From Methanothrix sp. (GTDB taxonomy: Archaea > Halobacteriota > Methanosarcinia > Methanotrichales > Methanotrichaceae): a DNA stretch of 12,150 bases. The notes below the pieces were generated by a model that saw nothing but the letters and a program-made list of their open reading frames with translations, was not told the DNA's origin and did not search any database. Location: assembly GCA_040770465.1 (NCBI GenBank), contig JAXGJB010000053.1:1-12150 (forward strand). Reading direction: 5' to 3'. Position numbers and translations under genes: made by a program. Every line of letters starts with the position of its first letter. Positions within the stretch are counted from its first letter, which is position 1. This document shows, one piece after another, positions 6,301 through 12,150 of this stretch.

Positions 6301-7839
6301 ATGAGCTTTGGCATAAGCATAACGAGAATCGGTGTCTTAAAGTGCGCTGCGGCGCTGGTGATCGTCTCAATTCTTTTAATTCCTGTCTCCGTTGCAGACG
6401 AGGCAGGCCAGACGGATTCCGAATCGGGAAAAGACGATCACGTCAAGGCAACGGTCAAAGGCATCGGCTGGAAGAATGCCGTGATGATTAATATGCCCGA
6501 GAGCGAAAGCCCCAACTCCTCCAGCGCGGGAGGGGCGGGTGAGAGCCTCTCGACCTCAGCCGGCAGCCGCAACGATTCGTCGTCGGGAACTTCCAGCGAG
6601 GGAGAAGTGTTGGTGCCCCATTGGATGGTCGGGACTAGAAACGGGACCGTAGGCTTATCGGTCCTGGAAACGGAAGACGGCGGCTATATCGTCCTTGGGG
6701 ACGTCTTCGAGTACGAGGCCTTCGGACCGGTGATGGACTCCAGGGATATCCTGCTTTTGAAGACCGATTCTAACGGGAGCGAGGAGTGGAACAGGACCAT
6801 TGGAGGAGATGACTGGGATTATGGATCCTCGATTCAAAAGACAAGAGACGGGGGCTACATAATCGCTGGGCTCACAAAATCATACGGGATCTCCGGGCCT
6901 GACGAGCGATTACCGGACATCTGGCTGATAAGAACCGATTCAAACGGAACCGAGCTTTGGAGCAGGACCTTAGGCGTCAGATCCTTCGGTGGCCCCGAAT
7001 TCGACGCTGGACTCTTCGCCCGAGAAACGTTGGATGGCGGCTATGCCGTCGCCAGCAACAAATATAGACCTGACGATGACGGGCTGGACGCCTGGATTAT
7101 AAAAACCGACCCTTACGGAGTCGAAGAATGGGATAGAACGATCGGAGACAGAGTCCGGGGAATGTTGGTCTCGGCCCTGGTGACCGACGAGGGCGAATAC
7201 CTCCTTCTCATCAACGAAAGACCCCCCGACGACGACTCCTTAAGACGCGTCATGCTGATCAAGACCGATCAGGAAGGAAACGATATCTGGACCACGGAAT
7301 TTGAGGGAACAGGCGGCCAGTCCGGCCAAATCCTCAGGGCGAGCGAAGATGGAGGATACACCGCTGGAGGCTACGTCGGAGGTTTTAGATCACCCTGGTT
7401 GGCAAAGGCGGACTCCGAAGGAAATACGGTCTGGAAATGGGATCTGAACAGCCTCTTCAACCTGGACCCCGACCTGACCGTCTTCATATCGGAAGACGGA
7501 CTCAGCAAAGGCATCGCCACTCCGAAGTGGAATATCTCCTATGAGCTGTACGATTTCCAGGCGACGGTGGACGGAGGCTACATAATCCTCAGCAGAAACC
7601 CGGCCGGCGAGGTCTGCTTGACGAAATTGAATCCCGGCGGGGTCATGGTGTGGAAAAACACCTACAGCAAGTCCGATATAGGCTTGGGAAACTCGGTTAT
7701 GGAAACCAGTGACGGAGGCTACATCATCACCGGATCCCGGGACAACGACCTCTGCCTCATGAAGACCGATTCGGAAGGCGTCCAGGAGTGGAACAGGATA
7801 TTCCTCAGCGTTCCAGGCGGTCTTGAAATCGAGACCTAA
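6301..7839 (+). CDS. Secreted/cell-surface beta-propeller repeat protein
   Basis: N-terminal signal peptide (AAALVIVSILLIPVSVA), Ser/Gly-rich linker, then 7 repeats of T.DGGY(I/A)..G...L.KTD..G...W. Several N-x-S/T sequons. No C-terminal TM anchor. Confidence 0.8.
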   Translation: MSFGISITRIGVLKCAAALVIVSILLIPVSVADEAGQTDSESGKDDHVKATVKGIGWKNAVMINMPESESPNSSSAGGAGESLSTSAGSRNDSSSGTSSEGEVLVPHWMVGTRNGTVGLSVLETEDGGYIVLGDVFEYEAFGPVMDSRDILLLKTDSNGSEEWNRTIGGDDWDYGSSIQKTRDGGYIIAGLTKSYGISGPDERLPDIWLIRTDSNGTELWSRTLGVRSFGGPEFDAGLFARETLDGGYAVASNKYRPDDDGLDAWIIKTDPYGVEEWDRTIGDRVRGMLVSALVTDEGEYLLLINERPPDDDSLRRVMLIKTDQEGNDIWTTEFEGTGGQSGQILRASEDGGYTAGGYVGGFRSPWLAKADSEGNTVWKWDLNSLFNLDPDLTVFISEDGLSKGIATPKWNISYELYDFQATVDGGYIILSRNPAGEVCLTKLNPGGVMVWKNTYSKSDIGLGNSVMETSDGGYIITGSRDNDLCLMKTDSEGVQEWNRIFLSVPGGLEIET

Positions 7840-7904
7840 AAACGGCCCTGCCGATGATGCCAGCCGCGCAGAATTCCGCCGGTCTCTAATGTGTACCTGC
7901 TGGG

Positions 7905-7925
7905 CTTCACCTTCCACTTCTTTTT
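7905..7925 (+). terminator. Possible archaeal pyrimidine/oligo-T terminator of the beta-propeller gene
   Basis: CTTCACCTTCCACTTCTTTTT about 65 nt after the stop codon. Confidence 0.35.
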
Positions 7926-8060
7926 GGCGATAAATCAACGATAGTTCGCCCGGAACGCGGCGAATGGCCCCGCGCCGTCTTTGCCGGGAAAGGGATGGTC
8001 GCGCCGCCGGGGGGGAGGCGACGATGGGGCGCGGGGGCCGATCACGGCAGCGCCGCAGAG

Positions 8061-8072
8061 TTATATATAAAA
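8061..8072. promoter_or_regulatory. Strong, potentially bidirectional TATA box
   Basis: TTATATATAAAA directly after GC-rich DNA; it reads as a TATA box on both strands. Confidence 0.55.
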
Positions 8073-8103
8073 GAGTTTAAAATATTCCAGACTTCGTTGG
8101 AAG

Positions 8104-8152
8104 TTTGAGCAGATCGGCTCAAATAGTTGTGATTTGAGCATGTCTATTCAAA
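8104..8152. promoter_or_regulatory. Tandem palindromic operator-like sites upstream of cdc48
   Basis: TTTGAGC-N6-GCTCAAA (8104-8123, perfect) and TTTGAGC-N6-ATTCAAA (8133-8152), with starts 29 bp apart. Confidence 0.5.
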
Positions 8153-8381
8153 CCACTGAGCCTTGGGAATCCTTGGCAGTAAGGCCGAAGGTTGGTAGGG
8201 GGTATCGTGCAAAGATCCGGTCTCTTCCTCCTCTCAGAAATTTGAGGAAACAATGAGCATATCCAAGATGTGGCATTCGGCGGTTCCTGATCAGCCTTCA
8301 ATATTGCGGAGGCGGAGGAACTGAGGAGAATACTTAACTAGAAACTCATTCATAAATAAGGGCTCAGAGGGTGTTAAAGAG

Positions 8382-10667
8382 ATGACCGACTCCGAATCCA
8401 TCCGGCTCAAGATAATAGAGGCTGACCAGAGGGACGTGGGAAAGGGGATCGTTCGAATAAGCGAGCGGCAGATGGCCGAGCTGGGCTTGAGCGATTTCGA
8501 CCTGGTGGAGATCAAGGGAAACAAGTCCGCCAGCGCTCTCGCGGTGAAGGCCTACCCCACCGACGAGGAGATGGACGTAGTCAGGATGGACGGACTCATC
8601 AGGTCGAACGCGGGGGCGGGGATCGGCCAGTTCGTCGAGATCACCAAGGCCGAATGGCGACCCGCTGAGAGGGTCACTCTCGCTCCGTTGGGCCGGGGAA
8701 TCCAGATATCCATCCCCAGCGACGCCCTCCGGAAGGTCTTTTTGGGAAGGCCCCTCTCCAAAGGGGACGTCATCTCCACCACCACCCTCCGCCGGCCACC
8801 AGGCGATCTCGCCACAGGGAAGGACACCATGTTCGAAGAGATCTTCCGGAGGCCCGATAAGGCATCGGCCTTCGGCCTCGGCGAGGTGAAGATGAGGGTC
8901 ATCTCGACAACGCCAGCGGGGACGGTCAAGATAACAGAGAAGACGGAGGTGGAGCTATTGTCCAAGGCCGTCGACTCCAAGGCCGCCGCCGACGTCGTCT
9001 ACGAGGACCTGGGCGGGATGAAGCACGCCATCCAGAGGGTCCGGGAGATGATCGAGCTCCCCCTCAAACACCCCGAACTCTTCGAGCGGCTGGGGATCGA
9101 CCCGCCGAGGGGCGTCCTCCTCCACGGCCCGCCGGGGACCGGAAAGACTATGCTGGCAAAGGCCGTCGCCAACGAATCGAGCGCCCACTTCGCCTCGATA
9201 AACGGCCCCGAGATCGTATCGAAGTTCTACGGCGAGTCCGAGAAGAGGATCCGGGAGATCTTCGAGGAGTCGGAGAGAAACGCCCCTGCCATCATATTCC
9301 TCGACGAGCTCGACTCCATCGCCCCAAAAAGAGAAGAGGTGGCTGGAGAGATGGAGCGGAGGATGGTGGCCCAGCTTCTTTCGCTGATGGACGGCCTCAA
9401 AGAGAGGGCGAACGTCATCGTCATCGGGGCGACGAACAGGCCCGACGCCGTCGACCCGGCCCTGAGAAGGCCCGGAAGGTTCGACCGGGAGATCGAGCTT
9501 GGGGTCCCCGACTTCGATGGGAGGCGCGAGATCCTCCAGATCCACACGAGAGGGATGCCGCTGGCCCAGGACGTCGACCTGGAGGAGTTCTCGACCCTCA
9601 CCTACGGCTTCGTCGGAGCGGACATCGCCGCCTTCACCCGGGAGGCGGCGATGAACGCCCTCCGGCGAGTCCTCCCCAAGATCGACTTAGACGAGCCGAC
9701 GATACCCCGGGAGATCCTGGAGGAGCTGGTGGTGACGAGGGAAGACCTGGAGTCGGCGATGCACGAGGTCTCCCCGAGCGCGCTGCGGGAGATCCTGATC
9801 GAGGTTCCGAACGTCACCTGGGCCGACGTCGGCGGCCTTGAGGACGTAAAGCAGCTCCTCGTCGAGGCCGTCGAGTGGCCCCTCGTCTATGGCGAGAACT
9901 TCAGAAGGCTCGGGATCGAGGCTCCCAAGGGCGTCCTCCTCTACGGCCCGCCGGGGACTGGAAAGACGCTTCTGGCAAAGGCCGTCGCCAACGAGTCGAA
10001 CGCCAACTTCCTCACGACGAAAGGGAGCGAGATCCTCTCAAAGTGGTACGGCGAGAGCGAGCGGCACATCGCCGAGATCTTCAGGAAGGCAAGACAGGTG
10101 GCCCCGGCGATCGTCTTCCTCGACGAGCTGGACTCTCTTGCACCGGTCAGGGGCGGGGGAACCGGCGAGCCTCACGTCACCGAACGGATCGTAAACCAGC
10201 TCCTCTCCGAGATCGACGGGATGGAGGAACTCCGGGGGGTGGTGGTGATCGCCGCCACAAACCGCCCCGACATCATCGACCCGGCTCTGATCAGGCCCGG
10301 AAGGTTCGACGAGCTGATCATGGTCCCTGTCCCAGATCCCGAGTCCAGGAGTAAGATCTTCGAGGTCCACACCGGCAAGATGCCCCTGGCCGAAGACGTC
10401 GACCTGGCCGACCTGGTCGGCAAGACCGACCAGTACACAGGAGCCGACATCGCCTCGATATGCAGAAAGGCGGGCCGTCTCGCCCTCCGAGAGAACATGA
10501 ACGCGGAGGAGGTTTTGCAGAGGCACTTTATTGCGGCTCTCGAGGAGGTCGGCCCCTCCGTCACCCCCGACACCATGAAGTACTATGCAAAGCTCTCGGG
10601 AGAGCTGAGGAAGAGAGGGTCTCGGGCTGTCGAGAAGGCCGTAGAGAATATGGAAGAAGGGAAGTAA
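8382..10667 (+). CDS. cdc48: CDC48/VCP/VAT-family AAA+ ATPase
   Basis: N-domain ([21 protein letters not shown]). Two AAA modules, each with GPPGTGKT Walker A, FLDELD Walker B and ATNRPD..DPAL.RPGRFD second region of homology. GAGGGTG RBS. Confidence 0.97.
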   Translation: MTDSESIRLKIIEADQRDVGKGIVRISERQMAELGLSDFDLVEIKGNKSASALAVKAYPTDEEMDVVRMDGLIRSNAGAGIGQFVEITKAEWRPAERVTLAPLGRGIQISIPSDALRKVFLGRPLSKGDVISTTTLRRPPGDLATGKDTMFEEIFRRPDKASAFGLGEVKMRVISTTPAGTVKITEKTEVELLSKAVDSKAAADVVYEDLGGMKHAIQRVREMIELPLKHPELFERLGIDPPRGVLLHGPPGTGKTMLAKAVANESSAHFASINGPEIVSKFYGESEKRIREIFEESERNAPAIIFLDELDSIAPKREEVAGEMERRMVAQLLSLMDGLKERANVIVIGATNRPDAVDPALRRPGRFDREIELGVPDFDGRREILQIHTRGMPLAQDVDLEEFSTLTYGFVGADIAAFTREAAMNALRRVLPKIDLDEPTIPREILEELVVTREDLESAMHEVSPSALREILIEVPNVTWADVGGLEDVKQLLVEAVEWPLVYGENFRRLGIEAPKGVLLYGPPGTGKTLLAKAVANESNANFLTTKGSEILSKWYGESERHIAEIFRKARQVAPAIVFLDELDSLAPVRGGGTGEPHVTERIVNQLLSEIDGMEELRGVVVIAATNRPDIIDPALIRPGRFDELIMVPVPDPESRSKIFEVHTGKMPLAEDVDLADLVGKTDQYTGADIASICRKAGRLALRENMNAEEVLQRHFIAALEEVGPSVTPDTMKYYAKLSGELRKRGSRAVEKAVENMEEGK

Positions 10668-10758
10668 AATGTTCGAGAGGCGAGCCCCCCATCGCCAGAA
10701 GGGCTCTGCCACTCCGACTCGAATTACAGATCGAATCGAGTATGATCTCTCGGTCCTA

Positions 10759-11073
10759 TCAATCCTTGGCGATCTTCTTTCCCACGAAGTAGAGGACTCC
10801 TCCGCCGACGACGACGCCTATCACGGCTGAGAGGATGTAGGCGATGACCGCACCCTGACCGGACTCGTCACCCTCGAAGGCGTAGTCGGGGAGGGGCGCC
10901 TTCTGCCAGAAGCTCGAGAGACCCTCAAGCCCCGAAGGGACGTACCCCAGCTTCTCTTCGATCTCCTCGTTCCCCCATTCGCCGAAGGTCTCCCCGGTGG
11001 CAAGAAGCCCCAGAGGGACGAGGACCATGAGGATCAACAGGCCAATGACCAGATTTCTAATCGACTTCTCCAT
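10759..11073 (-). CDS. nikN: ECF Ni/Co transporter small membrane component (NikN/CbiN-like, PDGLE-domain type)
   Basis: Two TM segments flanking FGEWG...VPSGLE...APLPDY. Lies 11 bp downstream of nikM, with an upstream GAGGA RBS. Confidence 0.8.
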   Translation of the reverse strand: MEKSIRNLVIGLLILMVLVPLGLLATGETFGEWGNEEIEEKLGYVPSGLEGLSSFWQKAPLPDYAFEGDESGQGAVIAYILSAVIGVVVGGGVLYFVGKKIAKD

Positions 11074-11084
11074 GAGTCCTCACC

Positions 11085-11798
11085 TCAGGCGGCAGCTCCT
11101 TTGGCCGATCTCTTCGACGTCGACTGGTCGTACATCAGGAGGGTCGGGTCGGTCTTCTGGATGTAGGCGAAGATCAGAGCCGTCACTATCGCCTCGATGA
11201 TGCTGAAGCCGAATACGTGCTCGATCAACATCGCCGGCACCGTGACGCCCAGGCCGTAGGGCATGTAAAGAGGAACGCCGCTGGCGTCGGTGTGAAGGAG
11301 CGGCTGAATCCCGAACATGAAGCCCGTGAGGCCTGCTGCAACGGATAGAGAGAGATAACCTGCGATCGCCGAGGCTGCAACCCTCTTTGAGGATCGGATA
11401 TCGGAGTTACCGCTTATGATCTTGTAGACGTAGTAGGCGACAAAGGGCATCACCACCGCCATGTTGAAGCAGTTTGCTGCGATGGCGGTGATCCCGCCGT
11501 CCCCGAATATCAGAGCCTGGAGGATCAGGGCGACGGATATGGAGATTACCCCCGCCCATGGGCCGAGGACGATCCCGATTATCGCCCCGCCTACGGCGTG
11601 GCCGGTGGACCCGCCGGGGATCGGCATGTTGAACATCATTATCACGAAGGAGAAGGCAGCCGCCAGAGCCAGGAGAGGAACCTGACGGGTCCTCAGCTCC
11701 CGGCTGAGCCTCTGCCCAGCGTAAAGCCATATCGGGATCATGATGATCCACATGGCGATATAGGTGTATGGCCCGAGATAGCCATCTGGTATGTGCAT
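11085..11798 (-). CDS. nikM: ECF Ni/Co transporter substrate-binding S component (NikM/CbiM family), 237 aa
   Basis: Starts MHIPDGYL (metal-binding N-terminus). Motifs AFSFVIMMFN.PIPGGSTGHAVG and QALIFGDGGITAIAAN. GGTGA RBS at 11807-11803 places the start at 11798 rather than 11855. Confidence 0.9.
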   Translation of the reverse strand: MHIPDGYLGPYTYIAMWIIMIPIWLYAGQRLSRELRTRQVPLLALAAAFSFVIMMFNMPIPGGSTGHAVGGAIIGIVLGPWAGVISISVALILQALIFGDGGITAIAANCFNMAVVMPFVAYYVYKIISGNSDIRSSKRVAASAIAGYLSLSVAAGLTGFMFGIQPLLHTDASGVPLYMPYGLGVTVPAMLIEHVFGFSIIEAIVTALIFAYIQKTDPTLLMYDQSTSKRSAKGAAA

Positions 11799-11828
11799 AA
11801 CATCACCGTCGATAAGCTGATGATTTTG

Positions 11829-11888
11829 GATATAAATATCTATCGAATTCAACACAAACTGAGATAGTTTTATTTTATAATATTACTA
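11829..11888 (-). promoter_or_regulatory. AT-rich promoter region of nikMN
   Basis: TATA-like TTATAAAA (11880-11873) and TTTATAT (11836-11830) on the minus strand, plus an imperfect palindrome at 11865-11888. Confidence 0.5.
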
Positions 11889-12045
11889 AACCGGGCCGTC
11901 GTGGTTTTTCGGTACAATAAGTTAAAAAGAAGATCAAAGAAGCTCAGATCGGTGGATCTGCCGAAAACCCAAAGGCTCCATCTTGACCGGCAATGAAGCC
12001 GACGAGATGATCATCCCGAAAGAGTTCTAACATTTCGGATCGATT

Positions 12046-12150
12046 CTACTTATGATCTTCTCGATGAACGTGATGCTGGGGATGATAGTGCTCCTGGTAA
12101 ACGGTGCCGTGGCGGTGCATGTGCTTGTGGATGAGGTTTGCGGAAAGGAG
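12046..12150 (-). CDS. 3' end of a probable ECF ATP-binding subunit (NikO/CbiO-like) with a His-rich tail; runs off the window
   Basis: Minus frame reads LLSANLIHKHMHRHGTVYQEHYHPQHHVHREDHK* (TAG at 12048-12046). The LL.ANLIH.H.H.H pattern is what I recall from NikO/CbiO C-termini, and it sits next to nikMN. Confidence 0.7.
   Translation of the reverse strand, partial: LLSANLIHKHMHRHGTVYQEHYHPQHHVHREDHK

Noticed and set aside
5954-6370. 102-aa (+) and 92-aa (-) ORFs across the divergent intergenic region
   Set aside because: They overlap real genes and read the methyltransferase relic out of frame or antisense.
7390-7938. 182-aa minus-strand ORF
   Set aside because: Antisense shadow of the beta-propeller gene with a TTG start and no domain signal.
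7926-8045. tRNA, SRP RNA or fluoride riboswitch identity for the GC-rich hairpins
   Set aside because: No T-loop or cloverleaf and no SRP helix-8 motif. The GGCGAT...GTTCGCC spacing does not fit the fluoride aptamer. Kept only as an unnamed sRNA candidate.
10676-10742. Short hairpins between cdc48 and nikN stops (GGCGA/TCGCC, ACTCGA/TCGAGT)
   Set aside because: Stems of only 5-6 bp with no oligo-T tract; too weak to call terminators.
8552-10792. Multiple 70-224 aa ORFs overlapping cdc48
   Set aside because: Shadow ORFs expected from high GC3 in a strongly conserved gene.

Overview
GC-rich archaeal-type window, probably from a methanogen of the Methanothrix/Methanocrinis type (inferred from gene content, TATA-box promoters and GGTGA/AGGAG ribosome-binding sites). 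Conserved-looking genes flank a ~7 kb accessory region. On the left is a Zn-ribbon SAM-dependent methyltransferase (52-1062). On the right are a Cdc48/VAT ATPase (8382-10667) and ECF nickel/cobalt uptake genes: nikN-like, nikM-like with its start corrected to 11798, and a His-rich nikO-like 3' end. The accessory region holds a 283-bp MITE, an IS1634 element whose transposase has a late in-frame TAG, a signal-peptide/TM-anchored NB-ARC (STAND) + 44-aa-TPR NLR-like gene, and a secreted 7-repeat beta-propeller gene. Two relics are invisible to the ORF track. Excising the MITE in silico reveals an orphan TPR C-terminal cap (YERALKI...GEDHP...NNLESLRR*) colinear with the NLR C-terminus. A 99-bp, 87%-identical decayed copy of part of the methyltransferase gene lies at the other side of the NLR. 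Together with GC mosaicism inside the NLR gene, this suggests a membrane-anchored archaeal NLR locus whose sensor module has been swapped in place.
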